DNA of 64,000 bases, taken from Convolutriloba macropyga (Eukaryota). How positions within the stretch are numbered: the stretch's first letter is position 1; each line of letters starts with the position of its first letter. The stretch covers positions 27,156,001-27,220,000 of the forward strand of contig NC_134480.1 in the NCBI RefSeq assembly GCF_964194025.1. The letters are read 5' to 3'. The notes beneath the pieces are model-generated. The model made no database searches, was not told the DNA's origin, and was given only the letters and a program-made list of their open reading frames with translations. Shown piece after piece: positions 12,808 through 25,700 of this stretch. Both the position numbers and the translations under genes were made by a program.

Positions 12808-13176
12808 GAAAACCCGGTTAAAGTGTCAATAGCGTACGAAATGATCCATGTCTCGCCTCCCTTCAAAACACCAGAGCCAATTGCCACCAACCCAAATCTG
12901 GCGGCTGGGACGGGATATTTAGACGTCAACACTAAGACCCTGCAGCACAATAAATACTCTAACATCTTTGGCATCGGAGACAACATCAACATTCCATCAA
13001 CTAAGACTGCGGCTGGTGCAGCCGCACAGTCGGGAATTGTGGAAAAGAATCTGAAAGAGGTCATGGCAAAGAGGGAACCTGTGGTGTTTTACGATGGATA
13101 CACCAGTTGCCCGCTCGTCACTGGTGGAAACAAGGGGATTTTAGCCGAGTTTGATATCAATGGTCAACCCCTGCAA
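12808..13176 (+). CDS. SQOR: Sulfide:quinone oxidoreductase, coding exon 3 (123 aa; second catalytic Cys)
   Basis: Acceptor ttttgatAG ends at 12807. Reads YEMIHVSPP...NIFGIGD...KTAA...YDGYTSCPLVTG...ILAEFD. Phase-0 donor GTATGT at 13177. Confidence 0.95.
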
Positions 13177-13298
13177 GTATGTATGAGTTCACTTTTTAAT
13201 TGGTCTCGAACAAAATTTTTAATTTTTACTGGACCGTTTTGTTCTAGAACATTCTTTCACTTCTTGAGCTTGACTTTTTTTAAGCTTGACTTCTTTAC

Positions 13299-14345
13299 AA
13301 ATAGCCGCACAGCGATAGCTGGGACTTTTTTAAGCTTGACTTCTTTATAAATAGCCGCACAGCGATAGCTGGGGCTATTATTGGCCTTGTCTCGGTTTTT
13401 TTACAATTCAAAGAATTTGAATTGTATTGGGGGCGCTGTCCTTTTTCACGCCAAAACAGGAATTGGAGCGAAAAATCGAGTGGTTTTGCGGCGTGAAATT
13501 TTTTTGCTCTAATTTTCAAGTTGAGTGAGAATACGGTGTTTGAACAAAAGTTCGCTTTCTCGCTATTGGTTTTTTGTTCATATACGGCAATTTCACTTTG
13601 GTTTTTACTGTTTTTTCAATTTTTTGGATCGGATTTTTTTTCTAAATTGTTTTCCCAATCCATTCATAGTTCATTCTACGCCTAGTTTTTTGTTAGAAGC
13701 AAATTTAATTTCTCGCTAGTGGTTTTTTTGTTCTCGCTAGCGGCATTTTCACATTGTTTTTCTGTTTTTTTTTTGTTTTTTGATCCGATTTTTTAGAAAT
13801 GGTTTTTCCAATTCACTCATTGTCCATTCTAGGTCTAATTTTTTGTTTAGTCAATGAGAATTCTTTGAATTGTACGCCAGGACATGTCCTGCTATGTTTT
13901 TTTTATTTCGTCAAGATTTTTGTTACGACCATATGACGTCACAACCACTTCAAATCTGCTTTTTATTGATTCGTTAATACAATTTCAAGTGAATTGCGTT
14001 CGTGACGTTATTTTTCACTCTTAATGGAGCGATTTTTTTGTTCATTTGCGTGATTAAATTTTTGGTCACACGTGACTTACCTCACTCAAAAATGACTTCC
14101 TGACTTTGAAATTGACTTTTTTGTACTTCATTTGAAAGAGATAAGGTCAAGTCCGTGTGTGTCACTCTAATTGAAGGTTATTTAAGAGCAGCTAATAGAA
14201 GCAGCAATAAGTTATACATATTCATAATCAAAATATAGCATCTCAGCAATTAATGAAAAATTTCTTTTTCGTCTGTTACTATCTGTTTGAGATTGCTGAT
14301 CTACGAAGCTATTGCGGCTATTTTTTGGCAATATGCCATCTATGT
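13299..14345 (+). mobile_element. Non-autonomous Helentron/HINE (DINE-1)-like element, family A, in SQOR intron 3
   Basis: The 5' end aatagccgcacagcgatagctggggctatt is an imperfect palindrome (50-bp duplicated, at 13299 and 13349). The 3' end has the inverted sub-terminal repeat gcggctattt (14314-14323) followed by stem-loop tggca-ata-tgcca. It carries one copy of the ~535-bp satellite unit internally. Confidence 0.6.
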
Positions 14346-15814
14346 TTTTGCTTGGCCTAAATAAATTGCTCTTACTCAGAAATTGTGTTGCTGAAAGAAA
14401 ACTGATTATACGATAATCTGGTACAAGGTCCTGATAGACGAGAGGTTATTTCTTCATTCTATTACGTCGTAGGTCGGGGGGTTTAAACACTGCCTTGGAG
14501 GGAGTTTTTTGCACCCAAAAAATTCTAGGCTGCAGCGCCCTCAGAGTTAAATTGCTCCGCCTGTCGTTCGAGAACAATCTATGTTTATAAATTGAAACTC
14601 TAACAGATCGAACTCTTTAAGAAAGATCGAAGGCATCTAAGCTATAAAACTGGTATATCAAATAGCAGCTAGTGATCTCAAAGAGTTTGAGTTTTTCACT
14701 TCCCAGCTGAAGTTGTAAATTTGCTGTCAGAGCGAAAAACTAACGGAAATGTGCACTCCCTTCCTCAAATTTGTTGATTCCCCTCGCTTCTTTTTGCTGA
14801 AAGCTGAAAACTTTCACTCTATCATGACTATTTGAGGCCTCAAACAACTTTTTGAGGCAATTCTATTGATCTGATCGGCCTTTTTATGAAGTTAAGTTGA
14901 AAATTGGACCTCCATCAATTTTTACTGGTTGTTTTTTGCTTTTTTCTGTCGAATTGACCTCAATTACTCAGGTTAAGTTTTGAGCAGCTAATTTGAATTG
15001 GCGTTGGGTTACTACGTGAAGCGATTTCTAAAGTGCTCAAAAATTGATTTTAATAGTTTGTTTTTGAGGAAAGCAATAGACATAATGAAGGTTGGCTAAG
15101 CAATTTTAGCCTAAATAAGTGGTTTCTCTTTTGCTTCAAGTTGGCGGAATTAATTGTGATTCCACAATTTTTAATAGCCGTTATTGTGATTCAACAACGT
15201 TTTGAATAATCGCTTTAGGATTCAAAGTCTTCTAATTTTATTTGGGCTCAACTTCTTTACAATCCAAAAATTTCGTTTGCATTGGTGCTTTTTTTTGTAA
15301 GATTTTTGTGTAATCATTGATAATTGTTGAGGTCAATTGAAAGTACCATTTCAGTGGTGATTTTAGTCATACCACAGCAGCTGAGCAAAAAAGCGTAGTC
15401 TTAAGGGGGAAAATTTTTGAAACATGATTGTTTTCGAAATGGTCTTGCTCACGTTTAGCAATATGAATTATCATATTCACATTTTCAGTGCTCAGTCCAA
15501 ATTTTATGATATGTTCCACTAGCTATCTAAAATAGCGAGTTTCTGTTCTTTTGATCTGTTCGGCTGTTTTTATCTTAGTTTAATATGCGGTCATGTTAGA
15601 CATTGAATTTTATTTTCTTTTTATAGTCAGCCTAATAATCAGGTTTTTGCATAACAGTTCAGCGAAAACTTCGGTGCCACGTTTTATCTAAAGTAAAGGG
15701 TTTTTCTTTTTAGATACCTTTTTTGTTTTGAAATCTTGTTAAGTCATATCCGCTGATGACTTTTTTTTGACAATTTGAGGAAAATTAGGAGTCAATTTGT
15801 AGGTGATTTGACTC

Positions 15815-18800
15815 CTAACAGGAAGCGGAGCGAAAAAGCGAGTGGTTTTGCGGTGTGAAATTTTTTGCTCTAATTTTAAAGTAGAGTTGGAGAACGGTGT
15901 CTGAACGAAAATTCGCTTTCTCGCTAGTGGTTTTTTCACATGCCGCAATTTCACTTTGATTTTTACTGTTTTTTCGATTTTTTGGATATTTTTTCTCTGA
16001 ACGGTTTTCCCAATGCATTCATAGTTCATTCTAGTCCTAGTTTTTCGCTTGAACCAAGTTTCCATTTCTCGCTAGTGGTTTTCTGTTGACATGCGGCATT
16101 TTGACATTGATTTCCTGTTTTTTTATCTGATGTTTTTTAAGAAATGGTTTTCCCATTTCACTCATAGTCCATTCTGGTTTTTTTCATTAGTCAATGAAAA
16201 TTCTTTGAATTGTAAGCCAGGACTTGTGCTGCTATGTTTTTACATTTCAAAAAAATGAATTGTTTGGGGGCTCTGTCTTTTTTTAAAGATCTGTTCCCAC
16301 ATTTTCATGATTTTTGAGGTCAAATTGGATCAGTGATTTTGGTCACGCCGAAACAGGAAATCGAGCGAAAAAGCAAGTGGTTTTGCGGCGTGAATTTCTT
16401 TGCTCTAATTTTAAAGTAGAGTGAGAAAACGGTGTTTGAACAAAAGTTCGCTCGCTTGTTGGTGGTTTTTTGTTCATATGCGGCAATTTCACTTTTGTTT
16501 TGTACTTTTTTTTCTATTTTCTCGATCGGATTTTTTAAATAGTTTTCCCATTCATAGTTCATTCTAGGCCTAATTTTTTTGTTTGGACCAAATTTCCATT
16601 TCTCGCTAGTGGTTTTTTGTTCACATGCGGCATTTTGACATTGATTTCCTGTTTTTTTATCTGATTTTTTTCAAGAAATGGTTTTCCCATTTCACTCATA
16701 GTCCATTCTGGTTTTTTTAATTAGTCAATGAAAATTCTTTGAATTGTAAGCCAGGACTTGTGCTGCTATGTTTTTACATTTCAAAAAAATGAATTGTTTT
16801 GGGGCTCTGTCTTTTTTTAAAGATCTGTTCACACATTTTCATGATTTTTGAGGTCAAATTGGATCAGTGATTTTGGTCACGCCGAAACAGGAAATGGCGG
16901 AAATACTCTTAATTTAAAGTAGAGTAAGAAATCGGTGTTTGAACAAAAACTCGCTTTGTCGCTGGCTGTTTTTTTGTTCACATGCGGCATTTTGACTTTG
17001 ATTTTCTGTTTTTTTTTTAAGTTTTTTTGGTCTGACTTTTTAGAATTGGTTTTTCCAATTCACTTACGGGTTCCAGGTCTAGTTTTTTTGTTTAGTCAAT
17101 GAAAATTCTTTGAATTGTACGTCAAGACTTGTCCTGCTATGTTTTAAATTCGCTTTACCTTTTGATCACGTTTTACAAGTCACGATTTTCACGTTTGACT
17201 TCTGACTTACTTCACTCACTGTTTCAACTGAATGGATTTTAAATTCTTTAACGCATTCAATTACGCAATGTGTTCAATACTGTAAAAATCGGAAGATTGA
17301 AATCAAAAGAGGCAAGATAAACCTATAAAGTCCGGCCAATAAGTCACTGAGAATTAGGATATCAAAGTTCTTTAGATTGTTTGCTAGCCGACATTGGTAT
17401 AAGGCTTATTAGCTTTCAGTTTAGAAGCTGAATTAAGCATAGTTTTAGAATCCAACTGGAACTGCTCGCTCTGGAGTTGGAGAACGGTGTTTGAACGAAA
17501 ATTCGCTTTCTCGCTAGTGGTTTTTTCACATGCCGCAATTTCACTTTGATTTTTACTGTTTTTTTTCGATTTTTTGGATAGATTTTTTCTCTAAACGGTT
17601 TTCCCAATGCATTCATAGTTCATTCTAGTCCTAGTTTTTTGTTTGAACCAAGTTTCCGTTTCTCGCTAGTGGTTTTTTGTTGACATGCGGCATTTTGACA
17701 TTGATTTCCTGTTTTTTTATCTGATTTTTTTTTAAGAAATGGTTTTCCCATTTCACTCATAGTCCATTCTGGTTTTTTTAATTAGTCAATGAAAATTCTT
17801 TGAATTGTAAGCCAGGACTTGTGCTGCTATGTTTTTACATTTCAAAAAAATGAATTGTTTTGGGGCTCTGTCTTTTTTTAAAGATCTGTTCACACATTTT
17901 CATGATTTTTGAGGTCAAATTGGATCATTGCTTTTGGTCACGCCGAAACAGGAAATTGAGCGAAAAAGCGAGTGGTCTTGCGGCGTAAATTTCTTTGCTC
18001 TAATTTTAAAGTAGAGTGAGAAAACGGTGTTTGAACAAAAGTTCGATCGCTTGTTGGTGGTTTTTTGTTCATATGCGGCAATTTCACTTTGTTTTGTACT
18101 TTTTTTTTCTATTTTCTCGATCGGATTTTTTTCTAAATAGTTTTCCCATTCATAGTTCGTTCTAGGCCTACTTTTTTTTGTTTGGACCAAATTTCCATTT
18201 CTCGCTAGTGGTTTTTTGTTCACATGCGCCATTTTAACATTGATTTTCTGTTTTTTTAAGTTTTTTCGGTCTGACTTTTTAGAATTGGTTTTTCCAATTC
18301 ACTTACGGGTTCAAGGTCTAGTTTTTTTGTTTAGTCAATGAAAATTCTTTGAATTGTACGTCAAGACTTGTCCTGCTATGTTTTAAATTCGCTTTACCTT
18401 TTGATCACGTTTTACGAGTCACGATTTTCACGTTTGACTTCTGACTTACTTCACTCACAGCTTCAACTGAATGGATTTTAAATTCTTTAACGCATTCAAT
18501 TACGCAATGTGTTCAATACTGTAAAAATCGGAAGATTGAAGTCAAAAGAGGCAAGATAAACCTATAAAGTCCGGCCAATAAGTCACTGAGAATTAGGATA
18601 TCAAAGTTCTTTAGAATGTTTGCTAGCCGACATTGGTATAAGGCTTATTAGCTTTCAGTTTAGAAGCTGAATTAAGCATAGTTTTAGAATCCAACTGGAA
18701 CTGCTCGCTCTGGAGTTGAAGAACGGTGTTTGAACGAAAATTCGCTTTCTCGCTAGTGGTTTTTTCACATGCCGCAATTTCACTTTGATTTTTACTGTTT

Positions 18801-19943
18801 TTTCGATTTTTTGGATATTTATTCTCTAAACGGTTTTCCCAATGCATTCATAGTTCATTCTAGTCCTAGTTTTTTGTTTGAACCAAGTTTCCTTTTCTCG
18901 CTAGTGGTTTTTTGTTGACATGCGGCATTTTGACATTGATTTCCTGTTTTTTTATCTGATTTTTTTTAAGAAATGGTTTTCCCATTTCACTCATAGTCCA
19001 TTCTGGTTTTTTAAATTAGTCAATGAAAATTCTTTGAATTGTAAGCCAGGACTTGTGCTGCTATGTTTTTACATTTCAAAAAAATGAATTGTTTTGGGGC
19101 TCTGTCTTTTTTTAAAGATCTGTTCACACATTTTCATGATTTTTGAGGTCAAATTGGATCAGTGATTTTGGTCACGCCGAAACAGGAAATCGAGCGAAAA
19201 AGCGAGTGGTTTTGCGGCGTGAATTTCTTTGCTCTAATTTTAAAGTAGAGTGAGAAAACGGTGTTTGAACAAAAGTTCGCTCGCTTGTTGGTGGTTTTTT
19301 GTTCATATGCGGCAATTTCACTTTGTTTTGTACTTTTTTTCTATTTTCTCGATCGGATTTTTTTCTAAATAGTTTTCCCATTCATAGTTCATTCTAGGCC
19401 TACTTTTTTTGTTTGGACCAAATTTCCATTTCTCGCTAGTAATTTTTTTGTTCACATGCGCCATTTTAACATTGATTTTCTGTTTTTTTAAGTTTTTTTG
19501 GTCTGACTTTTTAGAATTGGTTTTTCCAATTCACTTACGGGTTCAAGGTCTAGTTTTTTTTGTTTAGTCAATGAAAATTCTTTGAATTGTACGTCAAGAC
19601 TTGTCCTGCTATGTTTTTTTAAAACTCGCTTTACCTTTTGATCACGTTTTACAAGTCACGATTTTCACGTTTGACTTCTGACTTACTTCACTCACTGTTT
19701 CAACTGAATGGATTTCAAATTCTTTAACGCATTCAATTACGCAATGTGTTCAATACTGTAAAAATCAGAAGATTGAAATCAAAAGAGGCAAGATCAACCT
19801 ATAAAGTCCGGCCAATAAGTCACTGAGAATTAGGATATCAAAGTTCTTTAGAATGTTTGCTAGCCGACATTGGTATTAGGCTTATTAGCTTTGTTTAGAA
19901 GCTGAATTAAGCATAGTTTTAGAATCCAACTGAAACTGCTCGC
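15815..19943. repeat. Hierarchical tandem array (~148-bp motif within ~535-bp units within a ~1.24-kb higher-order repeat)
   Basis: aacaggaa..gagcgaaaaagc.agtgg recurs at ~15817, 16350, 17945 and 19180, with an internally deleted copy at ~16885. actgctcgc recurs at 17461, 18700 and 19935 (period ~1237). tttctcgctagtggtttt recurs at ~148-bp spacing within units. Confidence 0.95.
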
Positions 19944-20369
19944 CAAATTAGAATATTTTTGACACTGAAAAAAACAGAAAATCGGTCAATTTATCTCTTC
20001 TTTTTCTGTTTCAAATCCGATGTGCATCGAAGCGCCTCAACGGCGGCTATTTTCCGGTAATCTGCCGGCTAAGTTTAATATCTTGCTGCTTTCATGAAAT
20101 TTAGACTATCGCATTCTCCATTCTGTTCATTGCTTTATCGTTTGTCTGTTATTACTTTTCGCAACAGTGTATTTCGCTGCTATTATTCGGTAATACTGGC
20201 TAGGTTTTTTGAACAAGATTAGCAATTTATTAATGTTGTGGACTGAAACTACGAAATTAAAGATTTTAAGGATAGTAGTATAAATTTTGACGATATTTTT
20301 ATATCAGGGGCTTAATTTTTCCATAATTATGTTTTAAACACAATTTAATTGCTCATATAGATTTTTATT

Positions 20370-20828
20370 GGTGACATAACAATTTACCTAATTCGCTTTT
20401 ACGCAATGCCATTTTACGCAAACTGCCTTTTTACACAATGCTATTTTAACCAATGCTCTTTGATCTTTTCGTTCAATTATCCGATGTTCGGCTGTTATAG
20501 CCAAATTCCCCGGGCCATTTAATTATATAGCCATTTATAATCCCGTGTTCTGTTGCAATTGTTTCATATCAATTCCAACGGGCAATTTAATTCTATATTT
20601 GACCAAATAGTGGTTCTGTTAATTTTAGCAATAGAGTAAATTAAACTTGGCATTGGGTAAAGCGCATTGGCTGAAATGGCCTCTTTGGTGAAATGGCATT
20701 GGGTAGAATGGCATTGGGTGAAATGGCATTGAGTGAAATGGCAGGTAGGGTAAAATGGCAGGTTGGGTATAATGGCATTGGGTAAAGTGGCATTGGGGAA
20801 AATTTAATTGGGTAAGTTGTCGTGCAGC
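20370..20828. mobile_element. Foldback-type MITE with inverted arrays of ~15-bp subterminal repeats
   Basis: The right arm has ~10 copies of (aa)tggcattgggtaa-like units and the left arm has their reverse complement (ttttacgcaatgcca). Termini gtgacataacaatttacctaatt and aattgggtaagttgtcgtgcagc are imperfect inverted repeats. Confidence 0.7.
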
Positions 20829-22564
20829 TGCTGGGAGTGTCTTAACTCAAGGTTAAAAGGTCGTTTTTAGGAGGTTTTGGGCTCAACGTGTTGCAATTTT
20901 TCATTACTTGTTATGACCATTTTTTGAGCTCTATGTTTTGGTACTACAAATACAAACACGCAAAATGATAATAATTTTCGCAATTTTTAACTTTTTTGAA
21001 AATGTTGTCCTTTTTGTGAATTTTTCCGGCTTCAGGGGCCAGGAATTGTCCTTTGTGGTTTGATGATAGAGCACTGGATAGTTTCTAGTAATAATGGATT
21101 GGTTTTCAACGTTTTAATGTCGCGAAATTCTTTTTTTAAATAAAATCCGCAATTTTTTCAAGGTTTCCTAAAGTTTTTTGTCAATTTTTGATATTTGTCC
21201 ATTCTCAAGTACCAGGAAACCTATTCCACGGTCTGAAAAAAGTTACTGCATAGTTGTTAGTTTCAATGGATTGGTTTTGAACAATTTAACTTTTCGAATT
21301 TTGAAAATTTTTGATAAAACTGCAAGTTTTTTAATTTTTTTGTGCCAGAAAAACTATTGCACGGTCTGATCAAAAAAATACTACATAGTTGTTAGTTCCA
21401 ATAAATCTGCTTTCAACATTTTATGGTTTCGAATTTTAGAAATTTTTTTGATAAAATTTGCAATTTCATGTTCTTTCAAAACATTTGTCTTTTATCCATT
21501 TTTTCTTGCCTCAGTAGCCAGCTAATCTCATCGAGGCTTTGATAGTTTGTTATTAGATAGTAGCTATGGGGCAATTGAAAGGTTTTGAACATTTTATTAG
21601 AACGAATTTCTATTTCTGAAATTTGAGATTTTTTCCAAAAATTGCCTATGGATATTTGAGCCAATGAATTTTTTAATGCTTGGAATTGGGTTAATGGATA
21701 GCCTCTAGAGACCAAGAAATGATTCTGAAGACATTAATATAAGGATTTCCAGTGAAATTTCATTAAAGTTTGCAATTGTTTTCATTTTTTAAATTTTTCG
21801 GTCCTTTTTGAGTTAATCGATGATCTTCAAGGGTCAATCAATTTTTTCAGTTCATGCAGATATAATACTAGACCGATTCAGAAATAAAAATTGGTCTGGA
21901 ACATTTTTTTGAAATAGGTATTTTGAAAGGGATGAAATTTTTCCTAAGGGGTAAAAGCTTCAAGAGTTTTAGTAATGAGTATATTTTTGTTTAGTTTGTT
22001 TGATTGTTTTAGTTTCTCAATTTTGTTTGGCGATGATTTTGTTTGGCTGGCATTGTTCATTTGATCTGCTGGTCAGGTAGAGTACTTCTAAGTTTTTCTT
22101 TCAATTCTAAGAAATGTACTTAAGAATTGTATTTCACGACTTGTTTATGAACATTTACTAATTAAAGGTCGATAGTGTGCATCTAAGTACTGCCAAACTT
22201 ATATGCCCTATTTCCTGAGTAATAGAGTCTGGAGTTTTAATATCAAATATTAATTTTAAAAAAGCTCCATTAGGGTTTTTCCTTGTAGAGCAAATGTGTC
22301 TCATAAAGATGACAGTCGGAATCTAACCCAAAAAGTCTAGTGGTCAAGCGTCTATCGCGGCCATTTTCCGGCAATCTGCCGGCTATGTGTTGTAGTGTCA
22401 AGTCTAGCTCTTTGGATGATACACTCACCATTACCAGTGTGAAAACCTATTATTAGTTCTCATAAGGCATATGAAAAAGACAATTTTGCCCGCATGAAAA
22501 GGGAAAAAGCAATTCATGCTCAAATAATTGCAGCCAAAACATCAGTTATGTGATCTGATTTCAG

Positions 22565-22717
22565 ACACTGCCTTCCATCTTTGGCCAGCACAAAGAGAAG
22601 AAGCTGTGGTACTTCATGAAAGCACGAATGATGCCTCATCTTTACTGGTACGGCATGATCAAAGGGCCCTGGAAAGGCCCAGCTGTAGTTCGCAAGATGC
22701 TTCGTCTGGGATTCTGA
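22565..22717 (+). CDS. SQOR: Sulfide:quinone oxidoreductase, coding exon 4 (last; 50 aa + stop, membrane-anchor helices)
   Basis: Acceptor tgatttcAG ends at 22564. TLPSIFGQHKEKKLWYFMKARMMPHLYWYGMIKGPWKGPAVVRKMLRLGF* matches the known SQOR C-terminus (TFPFDQSKER...MKA..MP.LYW..M.RG.W.GP...RK). In phase with exon 3. Not in the ORF track. Confidence 0.93.
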   Translation, partial: TLPSIFGQHKEKKLWYFMKARMMPHLYWYGMIKGPWKGPAVVRKMLRLGF

Positions 22718-25700
22718 TGGCCATTTAATTGAACCAGAAATAATGTGCATGATCGTGGCATTTAAATCAGTTGTGATCAAGTTTATTAATATCATTATTT
22801 GAGGAACTCGTAAAAGAAACCAAGTAATTTTGCTTGTGTTTGTAACAGCTAAGAATTGACGTGTTTAATCTTTTCTATCTTCAATTCCTGTAGAAGTACC
22901 AATATCATTTGCTTTTATAGAGACAGTTGATTACAGAATTCCGTGGGGGAATCACGAGCAAAATAATTCGCGGTTTTTCATGAAATTACACTACAGACTC
23001 GCAAAGACTTCTGTTCTGCCGGAACGACTTTGACATCGTGTGGATAAAAGCTAGTGTGTTCGAAATTATGACTCGTATTTAAGTTTCTTTGATATCTGCA
23101 TGCTTGGCCTGTAAGACTTGTCATGTTACTGCGGTCCTCTAGTGTAATTGTTTGCAAAATTCGGTTTGCAAAATCGGCATGTCATTTTTTAAATGTTTCA
23201 TTTACGGGATTCAATATCTGCCCTCGGAGACAACATTAATTAGGGACGTGTTTCTTCTTCAATATGAGCTACTGCAAAGCCGAAAAATTTCGATTTGTTA
23301 ATCAGAGCTCATCTTAGATCTTCAGACGTGTTCCTTATACCCTGACTATTTTGTTTACTCGGCATACACTTGACCTTCGTGTCCTTCGGGGGATTTCCAG
23401 AGACAGTTCGTAAGACTTTAAAACGAATCGCGATTCTGGCTGATAACAGAAGTTTGCAGCCCGCTGGGTTATCTCTAGCTTTCAGTAGGCTATCTCAATC
23501 AGTCTCTGTAATAGCAATCACGGGTCAGCAATAATGCTGGTTACAGTAGACGCGAGATTATAGGCACATATTAAACTTGAACAAACCTTTGAAGCTTTAT
23601 CGCACCCGTTAAGACAGGCTTCTTCTTTCAAAAATGTGTCACCCAATGAGAAGGGACAATCTGCTGTTGAGTTTTTGATGTCTGGCCCGATAAATTTTAT
23701 GTCTTATCGTATGGGTCGAAAATCAATGGCGTGAAAAATTTAGGTGCGAAAACAGAGATACCTGAAAAAAATTTCAAAGAAGGTAGTGAGAGTTATTCCA
23801 TTGTCGGTTTGAACTGAACTGATAATATAAACAATGATCGGTTTTGAACCAAGATTTCATTAATTTGTATCACATATTGTATAAAAGAATTGTTTAGACT
23901 AGCTAGCCATTTTATGAGGTGTACAAATATACTTTTGTAATGTAATGACCATCTGATCTGTTTTTGGTGATAATTCTGTTACATTTGATCTCTCCTTTGT
24001 TAAATTGGGGATTGATGCAGAATTTTGCTAGTAAAATCGGAAACGAAGTTGAAGTCCAAATTTTTGTTTTTGGAGTCTACTGACAATAGATTAAATTGGG
24101 ATGCAAGTGCGGCTCTCCAGTGGTCGGTAGTGGTCCCTCGCGAGCAAAATTTTTGTTTTCATAACCATTAACTGTCTTTAATTACATTAACTACCTTTGG
24201 CTAATAAGACCTAATAACATTTTCAGCTGACCAATTTTACATTCAGTTTTTACCCCTTGACTTTTTTACCCCTTGAGTTGCTACCTACCTAAATTGCTCT
24301 CGTTTAGATCTGTTGGCAGTTCAACTCAGTTAGCAGAAGTTGTAACCAAGAATGGAGTCTGAAGCGTACCAGAATTGGTTGCATTTCTCAATTAAAATTA
24401 TTGTAACAACTATAATGAGCTCCCATAATGTCATGGAGCCCTTTAGTAAAAATTCCCCGGTAATTTAGGCTTTAGAGTTGATTGCGTTATCTGATAGACT
24501 AAACCTGGAACCAATCTCAAATAGTTCAGACTTCCTAGGTTTAATAGTTTTTTAATCGAATGTGGAAGACCGGCAGAGCGTTCATTTATCTCAGTTCTAT
24601 TGCGGATATCAATAGGATTTAATGTTTTTATGGTGCAACATTGCTAGACTCAGCTGATTGGTTTGATTTCTTGTTGTCAAACGTTAGCGGTTTTTACCCG
24701 AGAAAACTATTTGAAAAATAATATAGCTTTTCGTTGCTATAAGGTTTGTAAGTCTTGATTTTTTATATTTTTTGCCAATATGGAGAGAGAAGAGAAAAAG
24801 GTTTAAATGATCTGTTTGGCCTCATAAAACGCTTGTTATACAAGTAGCGAACAAATACGTAAATTATTTAAAATTTCTTGACTTTTTCATTCCTATTACA
24901 GAGCACGAATGAATGGTTTTTAGAATATCAAAATTCTATATAAAATTTGTGGCTTCCGTAGGTTAAATGTAGGAATCCTGTTAATTTTCCAGGATTTTTT
25001 TGATTTTATGGCAATCGATTCATCACGTTTCATTTTTCCAGGAAACAAAATTTGTAGCAGATATATTTGTATGGAAGAGACGTTTTAGAGCCTTACTCTT
25101 AAATTCGCGAATAAAACTGCCAACGAAAAATTATTTTGTAATGTGATGGGTAGTTCTCACTCCTAACAGTTTGCCACTTAAAGTCCCCCCACGCTTAGTC
25201 ACCTGTCTACCTAGCAGTTTGAACCAACACCCTTGTGCAACATCACACCCCCCATCCGCCACCCCCGAGACCCCCACTCAGCTATTGCTAGTAGCATCCC
25301 AAGGCCTCAGCTGGCTATTACCGGAACCAACCACTTGCGGCTCGTTTGAGAGCAATTTGCAAGACCTTATTTGAGTCGGTTATGTTTTAGATAATTGTCA
25401 TATTACATTGCAATTTTTGTTCTCTGCTTAAAAATCTCATTAAAATTTTAGGTTTTGCGTTGCTCTCATTAAAATTTCAGGTTTTGCATTGCTTGACTGG
25501 AGCTAAGAAAACATTTTTTGTTGTGTAAGTTGAGTAGAAAGTCATCTTTCTATTATTTAAGCATTATTGAGTTGCTGATTTTACTTGAGTTTTTTTAATA
25601 TAATAGTTTAGAAAATGCGATTCTTCGAGGTTTTTTTATATTTGTGTTTCCGAAATCTTTTTTTGAATCTTGGAAATTGACTCTCTTCACTTTCTTACGC

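Noticed and set aside
13295-19381. K/R-rich minus-strand ORFs in SQOR intron 3
   Set aside because: They are translations of T-rich satellite units, and the frames differ between copies.
15815-20828. CRISPR-like array
   Set aside because: The repeats are contiguous tandem units without unique constant-length spacers, there are no cas genes, and the context is a eukaryotic intron.
21050-21450. Three diverged ~135-190-bp repeats (atagtt...ggttttcaac)
   Set aside because: Real but old and poorly bounded. No termini or function could be assigned.
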